64,000 nt of DNA from Octopus sinensis (taxonomy: Eukaryota). A model generated the notes under the pieces. The model worked only from the letters and a program-made list of their open reading frames with translations, searched no databases and was not told the origin of the DNA. The DNA lies in contig NC_043023.1 in assembly GCF_006345805.1 (NCBI RefSeq), forward strand, positions 13,268,001 through 13,332,000, given 5' to 3'. Of this stretch, positions 37,528 to 51,543 are shown one piece after another; positions within the stretch are counted from its first letter, which is position 1; each line of letters begins with the position of its first letter. Made by a program: the position numbers and the translations under genes.

Positions 37528-38935
37528 TACTGTAAATCTTCAAGTATAATCTGCATTTTTCCAAAAAAATTTAAAGGTCAAAATTGCTCGTGCGTACTAT
37601 ATATGAGGTTAAAAATGAAACATATTTTCTAAGCAATGTCCGAGTCTCTATTTGCTGTCCGGCAATATTTATTCAGATGCATTTTGTGATGTCGGGCGCG
37701 AAAATACCTTAAGCTAAACCTGAAAGCAATGAAGTCATAAAAGAATCATCCATAACTTGCAGTAAGCAACATTTATTAAAATAAAAGTATTCAGAACACA
37801 GAATAACAAGTAACAAAAACAATTTGCAAACATATTTACATTCCCATATAACAGTTAAGAACATCACCATTATTGTATTACACATGCGCGGAAGTGTTTG
37901 TTTGACTAAGTGCTGCTGGCTTAATTACGCACGACTCAAGTTAGAGAAGGGGTGCGTATTATACACAAGGTTTAGGTTTTTCAGAGGTACAGCCCCCTAA
38001 ACTTGCAGTAAGCAACATTTATTAAAATAAATTCAGAACACAGAATAACATGTAACAAAAACAATTTGCAAACATTTACATTCCCATATAACAGTTAAGA
38101 ACATCACCATTATTGTATTACGCATGCTTGGAAGTGTTTGTTCGACTGGGTGCTGCTGGCTTAATTACACACAAATTATGCAAAATAGTTTATCCTGCAG
38201 TTTTTATTGGTACTCAGGATGACATTGTTTAGAAAGATGAAATAAATGAAAGTGAATCTTCTAATGATGACGGAGATTTGCATTACAATGATGCTGACAT
38301 GTTCACGGAGCAACAAACGGAACAGTTATTTGATGTTGAAAGTGATGTTGAATTTGAAGGATTTGAATAAATGTTTTTGCTTTTACTTTTGTAAAAAGGC
38401 AATTTACTTAATATTTATTTTTCACTGACATTATTACTGTTTTTCGTTATTTTCTGCAAACAAAATGCACAAAAAAGCTACACGTTTGCATTATGTTATA
38501 TTTATAATAATAAAGGATGATACTGTATATATTTTTACAAACCAAGGATTTTATATAGACCTCGTTGACTCATGTTAGAGAAGGGGTGCGCATTATACAC
38601 AAGGTTTAGGTTTTTCAGAGATACAGCCCCCTAAACTTGCAGTAAGCACCATTTATTAAACGTTATTACTGTTATTTCTTTATTTTCTGCAAACAAAATG
38701 CACAAAAAAGCTACACATTTGCATTATGTTATATATACAATAATAATAAAGGACGTTACCGTATACATTTTTACAAACCAAGGATTTTATATAGACCTCA
38801 TTGACTCATGTTAGAGAAGGGGTGTGTATTATACACAAGGTTTAGGTTTTTCAGAGGGACAGCCCCCTAAAAATCTTTATTAAACGTTATTACTGTTTTT
38901 CTTTATTTTCTGCAAACAAAATGCACAAAATAGCT
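37528..38935 (+). mobile_element. pogo/Tc2-like DNA transposon remnant with internal duplications
   Basis: Terminus tactgtaaatcttcaagtataa; acidic C-terminal remnant ..LFDVESDVEFEGFE* ending at 38370; ttagagaaggggtg block repeated three times. Confidence 0.55.
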
Positions 38936-38940
38936 ACGCG

Positions 38941-39151
38941 TTTTTACTCTTTTACATGTTTCAGTCATTTGACTGCGGCCATGCTGGAGCACCGCCTTTA
39001 GTCGAGCAAATCGACCCCGGGACTTATTCTTTGTAAGCCCAGTACTAATTCTATCAGTCTCTTTTGCCGAACCGCTAAGTGACGGGGATGTAAACACACC
39101 AGCATCGGTTGTCAAGCAATGCTAGGGGGACAAACACAGACACATAAACAT

Positions 39152-39182
<31 letters not shown>

Positions 39183-39350
39183 CATATATACGACAGGCTT
39201 CTTTCAGTTTCTGTCTACCAAATCCACTCACAAGGCATTGGTCGGCCCGGGGCTATAGCAGAAGACACTTGCCCAAGATGCCACGCAGTGGGACTGAACC
39301 CAGTACCATTTGGTTGGTTAGCAAGCTACTTACCACACAGCCACTCCTTC
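38941..39350 (-). mobile_element. SINE family A
   Basis: Reverse complement of 3716-4103. Confidence 0.85.
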
Positions 39351-39394
39351 GCCTATTACTTACTTTAAATAACACTTGTCCTGGAAGAACTCGG

Positions 39395-40010
39395 GGATCT
39401 TTTCCTTTTGAACGGCAGTTTTCAACACAATTTCTAGTTAACTAAACACTTTAAAACTTCGTATACTGGTAGAATGTGTCAAAATAAGACATTTTTTTCT
39501 CTTGGCTTTCTTGAGAAAATTGTAATAATGTTTGTTTAATGTAGTTTAATTTTTCAAATTTTAACCAATCCTATGCTCTCTTTTGAGCTAAAATCATTTG
39601 CTGTGTCTAAAACTGAGACAACACCCTGTAACTAACCCTAAACCTCCCCCCTAACCCTAACCCTAAATTTTTTTTTCCTTAATTGTTACGCGTGTAAAAA
39701 AAACTAAAGCAATGAAATTAAATTAATTTAACAATTAAGAAAAAATAATTTAGGTTTAGGGTTAGTTACAGGATGTTGTCTCAGTTTTAGACGCAGCAAA
39801 TGATTTCAGTTGAATGGAGGTAATCGATTGGTTAAAATTGCAAAAAATGCTCGGATTTTCAGACGAAATATCTTACAAACTAGAATTTTCTCAATAAAAC
39901 CAAGAGAAAATGATGTTTTATTTTGACACATTCTACCAGTATACGAAGTTTAAAAGTGTTTAGTTACCTAGAAATTGTGTTGACATCTGCCGTTCAAAAG
40001 GAAAAGATCT
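39395..40010. mobile_element. Family E variant with (CTAACC)n core
   Basis: TIRs ggatctttttccttttgaacggcag / ctgccgttcaaaaggaaaagatct; imperfect 8-bp flanks gaactcgg / gcactcag. Confidence 0.75.
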
Positions 40011-40233
40011 GCACTCAGTTGGCTGAATGCTACACGAGGCAGTGTAAGCACAGCAGATCCTGGGACCTGGCTGAACGGGCTGATTGTTTACGTTTGCTGT
40101 GCTGTTAATTTAATATCATCTTACTATTACTCCAGCTTCCCAAATATGGGATCTTTACGGTTTGAACGGCAGATTTTTTCTAGCAGTGTCATATGAAATT
40201 GTCACCCATAATTATGACCCTACTGTCGATCTA

Positions 40234-43200
40234 GTTAGTTAGTTAATTTGGCTCAAAAGGAAATAGCAAGGCCATGGAGTTAAGTACAGGGTGGTGTTCA
40301 TGTAAAGAGTTCAGGCCACTTGAGGTCAAGGGAGGCTTTGAACAAAGCGGTCGTCGGCATCTTCACCATCTCGTCTGGCAGCTTGTTCCACGGATCCGCA
40401 ACCCGGATGGAGAAAGCTCCTGTCCTTCGATTGAGATGAAATCATCGCAGGTAGAGCTTTTCGGAATGACCCCCGCAGCCGACGCTCTGGAGCAGGAGTG
40501 AAGAACAGCTCTTTTAAGAGGTTACACTTTCCGCTTATGATGCTGTGGGCGAGAATGAGATCACCACGGCGGCGGCGTTTTTCAAGAGAATAAAGGTCGA
40601 GCGTCCTGAGCCTTTCTTCATAGGACAAATTTTTGAGACCATGAACCATGCGGGTAGCCAGCTTCTGGACTCTTTCGAGATGCTGTATGTCTTTGAGGAG
40701 ATAAGGAGAAGAGGCTTGAATCCCGTACTCCAATATGGGTCTCACCAGCGTGACATAGAGTGGTAGGAATATGGCTGCTGTAAGCATTCCAAATGACCAT
40801 CGAATCAAGAACAGAATTCCGTGTGCTTTGTTGGCAGCATGGACGCACTGGGCCGAAGGCGAAAAGGAGGAATCCACCAAGATACCCAGGTCCTTTACCT
40901 GATCGGTCCTCTCCAGCAGCAGACAACCCGGCTCGAAATCAAGTTGAGTTGCAGGAGGAGAGCCAACAGGCAGATGACAGCACTTTGACACGTTCAGACA
41001 CAGGTCCCATTCGTTAGACCACTTCCAAATTTGGTGGAGGCATCGACGAAGATCCTCTATATCACCGCGGGGAGCGACCAATTTGATATCGTCGGCAAAT
41101 AGAAGGGTGTGTTGCGTGAGGTCGTCGGGCAAGTCATTTATGAAGACTAAGAACAATAAGGGCCCAAGCACTGAACCTTGAGGCACGCCACTGCTCGCAC
41201 TGGAGACGTCGGACCGCGAACCATTAACTTGGACTTGGAAGGAGTGATCTGAGAGGAAGGCACCAACCCAACGTACAATATCTGGATGGAAACTATATGC
41301 TTGAAGCTTGACAAGTAATAGGCGGTGGTTTACCGAGTCAAAAGCTTTGGCAAAGTCCAATAAAACGATGTCAACAGCATCACTATCATCGAGGATGCGC
41401 GTCACTAATTCTTCCATTACCAGTAAGTTGGTCAAGCATGATCTCTTCGGCACGAAGCCGTGTTGGGAATCAGAGATAGAGGCTGTGTTTTGGAGGTGGA
41501 GCATCATACTTTTCTTAAGGATGGTTTCGAACATCTTGCTGATTATTGATGTAAGGGAAACCGGTCGGTAGTTAAGCGGGTCTTCGCGGCTCCCTTTCTT
41601 GAAAATTGGGCAGATTATCGCTGTTCTCCAGTCCGCAGGTATAACACCCGTCGCCAATGACATATTGAATAGACGTGTTAAGGGCTCGCAGATGACCGGA
41701 GCCAACGCTTTGATAACCCATGGGTGTATGCCGTCAGGGCCATGACCCTTGTTGACATCGAGGCCTTGAATAACACGTTTGACTTCGTCCCGCGTGATGA
41801 CTAATCTAGGCATTGGAGGTACCGATCTATCAAATGGAGGGTGTTCACGACCATCATCTTGTTTGAAAATAGTTGAAAAAGCCTCGGCAAATAATTGACT
41901 CTGTTGATAAGGGTCCTCAATCGATACGCCTGTTGAGTCTACCAACGTTGCAATCTGGTTGTTCAAGTGGGAATTCCGTTGGACATGGGCAAAGAAGGTT
42001 TTTGGATTGCTACTGGCATTGGCCGCGATTTTGTATTCATAACTGAAGCGTTCTTCCTTTTCAATTTTCACGGCTCGGTCTCGTTGAGTTTTGTACACCT
42101 CAAAAGCTGCAGTCGAATCCAGATTTTAGAATTCAGCCCAAGCAATATCTCTGAGTCGACGTTCTCGTTTAACCTTCTTCGTCACCCAGGGCTTGTGTTT
42201 CTTCTTATTGGGAAACCCAACGGGAACTGCCTGGTCAGTCAACCAGATTACATATGCTTTGAGGGATGACCATAGTTCGTCAACTGAGGACAACGTCATC
42301 AGGGATCGCCAGTCCAGAAGCGCGGAAGCCTCGGTTAGAATTTCAAGATTAATTGCAGAGAAGACTCTACGTGGCAGCGAAGTAGTCGTGGGCGTAGAAA
42401 AAGTTGTGTGCATGACGAACTTCAGGACCGCATGATCACTCTTGGCAAGAGGGGCGCACACAGATACGTCTGACACTGATCTTGGATAGCGGGAGAATAC
42501 CAGATCCAGCATAGATGGCTGCTGCCCAGACCGATGCCTTGTCGGATATTCAACATGTTGCGATAGAAAACAATCTTCAGCCACGTCAAGAAGGGCCTGG
42601 CCGAACCGGGAAGATGTACAAATTGATGCGGGCCAATCGATCGTGGGAGCGTTGAAGTCTCCTAGTACCAAACAGTCATGCGGAGCTGAAACGAATCTTA
42701 TCGCTTCGAGTAAATGAGCATCGTCCTGGGGGTCGGCAAGAGGCGGCCTGTAGACAGCTAACACGGGCAGGCAAAACTCGGATAGGCTCAGCTTGCAATA
42801 GACGGCATCGAATTTTGTTGTAGGTTGAGCATTAGTGGGTAGAATACCGCTGGACGGTTTGTGCTCAGATTTGACATACACAGCAACACCTCCACCTCGC
42901 CTTTTTTCTCTGTCACATCTGAAAAGGACGTAGCCCTGTAGGTGGATTTCTGAGTCCTTTACTTCTGGAGTCAGCCAAGTCTTGGTGATAGCTATCACAT
43001 CAGGGGAGTCATGTATGGCCAGTGTAAATAGTTCGCTGAACTTTGGGAATAAGGAGCACGAGTTGGTATAGACGATGCTGAGCTGTGAAGTTTGAGGGGC
43101 GGGAGTTGGGGAACAAGCAGAATAAGGGGTATCAGAGATAGCATCGTTGACGGGGGTATCAACTTCACTTCGATTTGCCCTCACTTCACTTTCCCTGTCA

Positions 43201-43310
43201 GTACTACAGCATGCGACCAGAGGTAGGACTTGATTATTTGTCCATCTTGGATGCGTAAACCCTTCTCTACCATCTGTTTCCTCATCTTTAGTTCGGATAT
43301 TAGGTTTCTC
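40234..43310 (-). mobile_element. CR1-like LINE ORF2 (APE endonuclease + reverse transcriptase), 5'-truncated and inactivated
   Basis: EN motifs (GGGVAVYVK, GDFNAP, LDLVFS, SDH) and RT motifs (GVPQGSVLGP, LFADD); ORFs 42126-43328 and 40326-42098 are in one frame split by one TAA; (taac)n tail; 7-bp TSD cgatcta at 40227-40233 and 43311-43317 inside a family E copy. Confidence 0.93.
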
Positions 43311-44019
43311 CGATCTATTGCATTTCAATCTGTTTTAGGGTTAAGGTTAGGGGGAAGAGCATCTTTTTTTCTTCACAAATGTAAATAAACCCAATCTGTT
43401 TCTTAAACGAGGGACATATTCATACGGCACAGAATTTTTTCACCTTAATAGACGTCATTGGTTGGTTGAAATTGAAGAAAAAAAACAACAACTGGATCTT
43501 TTCGGTTTGAACGGCATTTTTTCTAGCGGTGTCATATGAAATTGTCACCCATAATTATGACCCTAGTATCAATCTATTGCATTTCAATCTGTTTTGGGGT
43601 TAGGGGTGGAGTGAAGGGTATCGTTTTTTCCTTCAGAATGTTTTTACCTCAATAGATGTCATTGATTGGTTGAAATTGTCACCCATAATTATGACCCTAG
43701 TATCGATCTACTGCATTTCAATCTGTTTTAGGGTTAGGGGTGGAGGGAAGGGTATCGTTTTTTTCTTCAGAAATGTAAATAAACCCAATCTGTTTCTTAA
43801 ACGAGGAACATATTCATACGGCACAGAATGTTTTTTACCTCAATAGATGTCATTGATTGGTTGAAATTGAAGAAAAAACAACAACGAATATCTTACAAAC
43901 TATAGACTTTTCTCAATAAAGCCAAGAGAAAAAGATGTTTTATAAACACATTCTACCAGTATACGAAGTTTAAAAGTGGAAATTATTTTAAAAATCTGCC
44001 GGTCAAACCGAAAACATCC
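43311..44019 (-). mobile_element. Family E copies with partial tandem duplication
   Basis: Reverse complement of 51544-52321 segments; TIR at 43494 and end at 44019. Confidence 0.8.
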
Positions 44020-44039
44020 TACGTGTGTGTGTACTCTTT

Positions 44040-44449
44040 GTAAAAAGAATCTGGTGTAAATTTGAAAAAGGTGAAGTGGTTGACAGAATAGGACAAAGAC
44101 AATCACTGGAACATAATTCAACCAGTCAGTAGAGCCATCTGTTGGAGATTTGAAGAAATACAATCAAATAAAGGGAAATAACTTGTACAACATTTCAACT
44201 TATGGCCATTTGAATTATTAATTAGTGTGATTAATTATCGACCACGGACTCGTTGCTTATTTGTGAATACGGTAAGTTGACAAAGATTTACTTTAAGGCT
44301 GTAATAGTGTTGATAATACTACTAATAATGAGGTAAATAATAGAATTCTGTGAACCTCTCGATGTTACAGTAATTATTTTTCGAAGCGGGAACCTGACAA
44401 CAATTAAGAAAATATAATTTGCTCGTCTTAATTAATAATTTCCAAACTG
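44040..44449 (+). repeat. ~350-bp unit upstream of ZNF3; continues at 46368-46450, 48093-48180, 51413-51540
   Basis: GTAAGT at 44272-44277; homologous to 12330-13290 (inverted) and 30020-30830. Confidence 0.75.
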
Positions 44450-46359
44450 GGTTAATATAGGGCGTAACAAATATCAGAAAATCAAAAAAAAAATGTGTGT
44501 AATAGGTGTAAAACAACTTCCTATGAACGAATATGAAAAAAAAAATTCGCGCACGCGAAAGGGGGGTGGGGGAGAGGCTTCGGAAAATTCACATCGGGAA
44601 GTTCCGAAAGCGTCTGAGGGGCTGACCCGGGCACCAAAACAAAAAAAAAATAGTGTAATATGTGTAAAACAACTTGCTCTAAACGAATATGAAAAAAAAA
44701 ATGTGCTCTCGAGAAAGAGGGGTGGGGGAGAGGCCTCGGAATATTTATATCGGGAATTTCCGAAAGCGTCTGAACCGGGCACAAAAACAAAAACAAAAAC
44801 AGCGTAATAGGTGTAAAACAACTTGCTCTAAACGACTATCATGAAAAAAATGCGCGCTCGCGAAAGGGGGGTGGGGGAGAGGCTTCGGAAATTTCACATC
44901 TTCAGTCCACGGCCTTTAAACTAAGAAAAAATAGTGTAATTGGTGTAAAACTACTTGTTCTAAACGAGTATCAAGAACACACACTCACACATGAATCATA
45001 AACTCCGTATTTCGCAAAAAAAAAAAATAAAGAGAAGAAATTCTGGAAAAAGTGAAGAAATGTTGGATCTCCGCCATGTGAATCAAAATACGTGTCAGAA
45101 ACATCTTGAAATACTACAGAAATTATGTTACGAAAATGATAATGTATACATACCTCTTTGAGTGGTCCATCGATAATGATGATAAAGAAATGAGTTGGAT
45201 TTGAACTCAGAATATTGACTAACACAACTACATACTACAAGACTCAAAATATTCAGCCAAGTCACCACCCTTTAACTAGCAATAATAATAACATCAATAA
45301 CATAACAGCCAAAAGATTTATTTGTTCTGAAAATAACAATCATAGTAAATAAATATGTTCTTTAATATTCACATTCATGTGCACAGTTAAACACACTTAC
45401 ATACAAACAGTCACGCATGCATAATACAAAACGGAACACATAAATGAAGGATGCATTACTTAGTATATATTACATCTAGAGAATTTTGATTAATAAGTCA
45501 AATATGCAAATTATAAAGATAATTAATTGCTTTACTAAACAGTGTTGTAAAGGTGAAAAAATAAATTTGGGAAAAAAATACACGCCAAAACTAATTAATA
45601 AAGGATAATTAGGGAAGGATTGACACAAAATAATAATTTTTTCTGTCTCTTTTTTTCTGATAAATGCATCTTAATAAGTGAGAAGAATTGCATATATCTG
45701 AACTATTTCAAAGAAAAGCATAAATTTAATGTTTAAAATAGCTTTAACCAAGGAATGAGATCCAACATTTCTTCACTTTTTCCAGAATTTCTTCTCTTTA
45801 TTTTTTTTTTTGCGAAATACGGAGTTTATGATTCATGTGTGAGTGTGTGTTCTTGATACTCGTTTAGAACAAGTAGTTTTACACCAATTACACTATTTTT
45901 TCTTAGTTTAAAGGCCGTGGACTGAAGATGTGAAATTTCCGGAGCCTCTCCCCCACCCCCCTTTCGCGAGCGCGCATTTTTTTCATGATAGTTGTTTTAC
46001 ACCTATTACGCTGTTTTTGTTTTTGTGCCCGGTTCAGACGCTTTCGGAAATTCCCGATATAAATATTCCGAGGCCTCTCCCCCACCCCTCTTTCGCGAGA
46101 GCGCATTTTTTTTTGTCATATTCGTTTAGAGCAAGTTGTTTTACACATATTACACTATTTTTTTTTTTGTTTTGGTGCCCGGGTCAGCCCCTCAGACGCT
46201 TTCGGAACTTCCCGATGTGAATTTTCCGAAGCCTCTCCCCCACCCCCCTTTCGCGTGCGCGAATTTTTTTTTTCATATTCGTTCATAGGAAGTTGTTTTA
46301 CACCTATTACACACATTTTTTTTTTGATTTTCTGATATTTGTTACGCCCTATATTAACC
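44450..46359. mobile_element. Foldback element with ~600-620-bp TIRs
   Basis: Arms 44450-45071 and 45757-46359; GG/CC termini; 8-bp TSD ccaaactg (44442-44449, 46360-46367); empty site near 49523. Confidence 0.92.
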
Positions 46360-46450
46360 CCAAACTGAAATGTCGATCTGTTGTTTAGGAAAACCTATGA
46401 TTGACTGTTACATGTGTTATAAAGTAAATTAGTTGGTAAAAATGAAAGTA

Positions 46451-47322
46451 CTACTAGCGAAGACTAGACCCGGTGCGCGCAGTCGCAAGTAGTCGATCCT
46501 ACAACGACACGTATATACACATACACACGCACACACATATATATATATACATATACATATATATATATATAGGCGCAGGAGTGGCTGTGTGGTAAGTAGC
46601 TTGTTTACCAACCACATGGTTCCGGGTTCAGTCCCACTGCGTGGCACCTTGGGCAAGTGTCTTCTACTATAGCCTCGGGCCGACCAAAGCTTCGTGAGTG
46701 GATTTGGTAGACGGAAAATGAAAGAAGCCCGTCGTATATATGTATATATACATGTGTTTGTCCCCTAGCATTGCTTGACACCCGATGCTGGTGTGTTTAT
46801 GTCCCCGTTACTTAACGGTTCAGCAAAAGAGACTGATAGAATAAGTACTGGGCTTACAAAAGAATAAGTCCCGGTGCTCCAGCATGGCTGCAGTCAAATG
46901 ACTGAAACAAGTAAAAGAGTATATACCTGTATGATGTACCTGTATGATGGATGTTGTCCAAAAACTAAAAACTAGTAAAAGAATATATCACACATAAACA
47001 CATATAATATCTATTTGTATCGGTGTATATACACACACACACACACACATGATTAAAAACAATAGAATTTGAAAACTAAAAGAATATATCACACACATTT
47101 TATTTGATTTGTGTAAAAAAATCATATACATTGTTCTAAGAAATAATTTACTCGTTTACTTGTTTCAGTCATTCTTTGTTTCAGTTATTCTTTGTAAGCC
47201 CAGTACTTATTCTATCGGTTTCTTTTGCCGAACTGCTAAGTGACGGGGACATAAACACACCAGCATCGGTTGTCAAGCAATGCTAGGGGGACAAACACAC
47301 ACACACGAACAAATGCACACAC

Positions 47323-47353
<31 letters not shown>

Positions 47354-47356
47354 CAT

Positions 47357-47394
<38 letters not shown>

Positions 47395-48092
47395 CATATA
47401 TATATAATATATATATATACATATATACGACGGGCTTCTTTCAGTTTCCGTCTATCAAATCCACTCACAAGGCTTTGGTCGGCCCGAGGCTATAGTAGAA
47501 GACACTTGCCCAAGGTGCCACGCAGTGGGACTGAACCCGGAACCATGTTGTTTGTAAGCAAGCTACTTACCATACAGCCACTACTACGCCTATATATATA
47601 TACATATATACGACGGGCTTCTTTCAGTTTCCGTCTACCAAATCCACTCACAAGGCTTTGGTCGGCCCGAGGCTATAGTAGAAGACACTTGCCCAAGGTG
47701 CCACGCAGTGGGACTGAACCCGGAACCATGTGGTTTGTAAGCAAGCTACTTACCACACAGCCACTCCTGCACCTATATACGACTGGCTTCTTTCAGTTTC
47801 CATCTACCAAATCCACTCACAAGGCTTTGGTCGGCCTGAGGCTATAGTAGAAGACACTTGCCCAAGGTGCCACGCAGTGGGACTGAACCCGGAACCATGT
47901 GGTTTGTAAGCAAGCTACTTACCACACATCCACTCCTATTACTTCCTTTAAAAAATTCTTTTATTTTATTCTGTAAAATCAACTCATTTGCGTACGCGCA
48001 AGTCGTTGCACGATCGACTACTTACGACTAGCCAGCGCGGACGTGCGACTGCGCATGTGCACGCACCGGGTCCAGTCTTCGCTAGTAGTACC
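46451..48092. mobile_element. Family F MITE stuffed with SINE A copies; duplicate at 49614-50966
   Basis: 9-bp TSD atgaaagta at 46442-46450 / 48093-48101 and 49605-49613 / 50967-50975. Confidence 0.8.
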
Positions 48093-48404
48093 ATGAAAGT
48101 AATGTGGCATAATTAATTAGTAAAGTGAGAGGAAACCGATTGAAGAATACCACATGAATTCTGTCCTGTTGTTCACGAGATAAAGTGAAAAACGCCGACG
48201 CCGTGGTGATCTCATTCTCGCCCACAACATCATAAGCGGAAAGCGGAAAATTAATTAATATTAATAATATTTTTGAACAAAGTAAATAATTTATAAAACT
48301 TGGTTAATAATTTTTTTTACACAAACGCGAACGTATATAATTGTGAAACTTTTTTTTTTTTACAGACGTATATATTTGGTAAACTTAATGAATTAATTTC
48401 TTCT

Positions 48405-48810
48405 CATCATCATCATCGTTTAACGTCCGTTCTCCATGCCAGCATGGGTTGGACGGTTCGACCGGGGATCTGGGAAGCCAGAAGGCTGCACCAGACTCCA
48501 GTCTTATCTGGCAATGTTTCTACAGCTGGATGCCCTTCCTAACGCCAACCACTCCGAGAGTGTAGTGGGTGCTTTTTACATGCCAGGCGAGGCTGGCAAC
48601 GGCCACGGTCGGATTGGTGCCAGTCGAGGCGGCTCTGGCATCGGCCACGATTCGGATAGTGCTTTTTACATACCACCAGTCCAGGGGTCCTGGCATTTGC
48701 CGGGTACCACACTTGCTCCAACATGTCTTCGCAAGCAAAGGGGGTTGGCATGGGTGCCTGTCGTGGGATGAGGTTCGATATCAACTTCGCTTGCCTCAAC
48801 AGGTCTTTGT
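48405..48810 (-). mobile_element. RTE LINE 3'UTR fragment
   Basis: Matches the RTE 3'UTR; (cat)n tail. Confidence 0.8.
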
Positions 48811-49261
48811 GTATAAATGTATAAATTTTTCGCACTAAATTCTTTCCGTAGAATTTATCAAAAAACGTGCAAAATTATTCCGTAGAATTTATCAAATTAA
48901 AAAACGCAAAATTAATATATTTTTTGAAATTGCAAATTATTTAGAATATAAAACAAATGAAGTTAAATTTTAAAAATAAATGTCATATACTTATACTCTG
49001 TAAGGTGCTGTGTTCACACTTCAATTTACTATTTTCTAGAAATGTTGCTTTTCTAATTGAAACAATTTTTCTCAATCTCCATTTAAAAGTCCATAATGCC
49101 TCTTGAGCCATATCAAAATGAACAACTTTGAATTTTCAAGAATTATTTAATTTATATAATTAATTCATTAATTTTATTCTGTAAAATAGTAATTAATTCA
49201 TTTATCTGTAAATCCGCGAGGAAAGCGACTATGTAATTATTTTGTGTAAAATTGAAAATGT

Positions 49262-49304
<43 letters not shown>

Positions 49305-51057
49305 TTTTAGTGAAATCCAACACCTTTTTTTTTTAGGGGGGGGGTTAACGTGCATGCGCAAATTCTGCACTGTGCATGCTCAAGTCACCTCGTAGGATCT
49401 CGAGTATCGAGTACCTATGTCTGGCGCGCGAATTCGCGTGTGCGAAACCGGGACCACGACAATAGACAAGTACCCTGACAACAATTAAGAAAATATAATT
49501 TGCTCGTCTTAATTAATAATTTCCAAACTGAAATATCGATCTGTTGTTTAGGAAAACCTATGATTGACTGTTACATGTGTTATAAAGTAAATTAGTTGGT
49601 AAAAATGAAAGTACTACTAGCGAAGACTAGACCCGGTGCGCGCAGTCGCAAGTAGTCGATCCTACAACGACACGTATATACACATACACACGCACACACA
49701 TATATATATACATATACATATATATATATAGGCGCAGGAGTGGCTGTGTGGTAAGTAGCTTGTTTACCAACCAAATGGTTCCGGGTTCAGTCCCACTGCG
49801 TGGCACCTTGGGCAAGTGTCTTCTACTATAGCCTCGGGCCGACCAAAGCTTCGTGAGTGGATTTGGTAGACGGAAAATGAAAGAAGCCCGTCGTATATAT
49901 GTATATATATACATGTGTTTGTCCCCTAGCATTGCTTGACAACCGATGCTGGTGTGTTTATGTCCCCGTTACTTAACGGTTCAGCAAAAGAGACTGATAG
50001 AATAAGTACTGGGCTTACAAAAGAATAAGTCCCGGTGCTCCAGCATGGCTGCAGTCAAATGACTGAAACAAGTAAAAGAGTATATACCTGTATGATGTAC
50101 CTGTATGATGGATGTTGTCCAAAAACTAAAAACTAGTAAAAGAATATATCACACATAAACACATATAATATCTATTTGTATCGGTGTATATACACACACA
50201 CACACACATGATTAAAAACAATAGAATTTGAAAACTAAAAGAATATATCACACACATTTTATTTGATTTGTGTAAAAAAATCATATACATTGTTCTAAGA
50301 AATAATTTACTCGTTTACTTGTTTCAGTCATTCTTTGTTTCAGTTATTCTTTGTAAGCCCAGTACTTATTCTATCGGTTTCTTTTGCCGAACTGCTAAGT
50401 GACGGGGACATAAACACACCAGCATCGGTTGTCAAGCAATGCTAGGGGGACAAACACACACACATATATATATATATACATATACGACAGGCTTCTTTCA
50501 GTTTCTGTCTACCAAATCCACTCACAAGGCATTGGTCGGCCCGGGGCTATAGTAGAAGACACTTGCCCAAGGTGCCACGCAGTGGGACTGAACCCGGAAC
50601 CATGTGGTTTGTAAGCAAGCTACTTACCACACAGCCACTCCTGCACCTATATACGACGGGCTTCTTTCAGTTTCCGTCTACCAAATCCACTTACAAGGCA
50701 TTGGTCGGCCCGAGGCTATAGCAGAAGACACTTGCCCAAGGTGCCACGCAGTGGGACTGAACCCGGAACCATGTGGTTTGTAAGCAAGCTACTTGCCACA
50801 CAGCCACTCCTATTACTTCCTTTAAAAAATTCTTTTATTTTATTCTGTAAAATCAACTCATTTGCGTACGCGCATGTCGTTGCATGATCGACTACTTACG
50901 ACTAGCCAGCGCGGACGTGTGACTGCGCATGTGCACGCACCGGGTCCAGTCTTCGCTACTAGTACCATGAAAGTAATGTGGCATAATTAATTAGTAAAGT
51001 GAGAGGAAACCGATTGAAGAATACCACATGAATTCTGTCCTGTTCACGAGATAAAGT

Positions 51058-51413
51058 GAAAAACGCCGCCGCCATGGTGATCTCATTCTCGCCCACAACA
51101 TCATAAGCGGAAAGTGTAACCTCTCGAAAGAGCTGTTCTTCACTCCTGCTCCAGAGCGTCGGCTGCGGGGTCATTCCGAAAAGCTCTACCTGCGACGATT
51201 TCATCTCAATCGAAGGAGAGGAGCTTTCTCCGTCCGGGTTGCGGATCCGTGGAACAAGCTGCCAGACGAGATGGTGAAGATGCCGACGACTGCTTTGTTC
51301 AAAGCCTCCCTGAACTCTTTACATGAACACCGCCCTGTACTTAACTCCATGTCCCCCTACATGGCCTTGCTATTTGCTTTTGAGCCAAATTAACTAACTA
51401 ACTAACTAACTAA
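51058..51413 (+). mobile_element. CR1-like LINE 3' end
   Basis: Encodes RLRGHSEKLYLRRFHLNRRRGAFSVRVADPWNKLP; (taac)n tail ~51390-51413. Confidence 0.88.
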
Positions 51414-51543
51414 GATATTGATAAAACGGTTGACAAAGAATTAAAGGTTATATTAATAATTAATGATGATGATGATGGTTTCAAATTTTTGCCAGAACCA
51501 GCAATTTTTTATGCAAGCGGGAAGTCGATTATAGGGAATCCAG

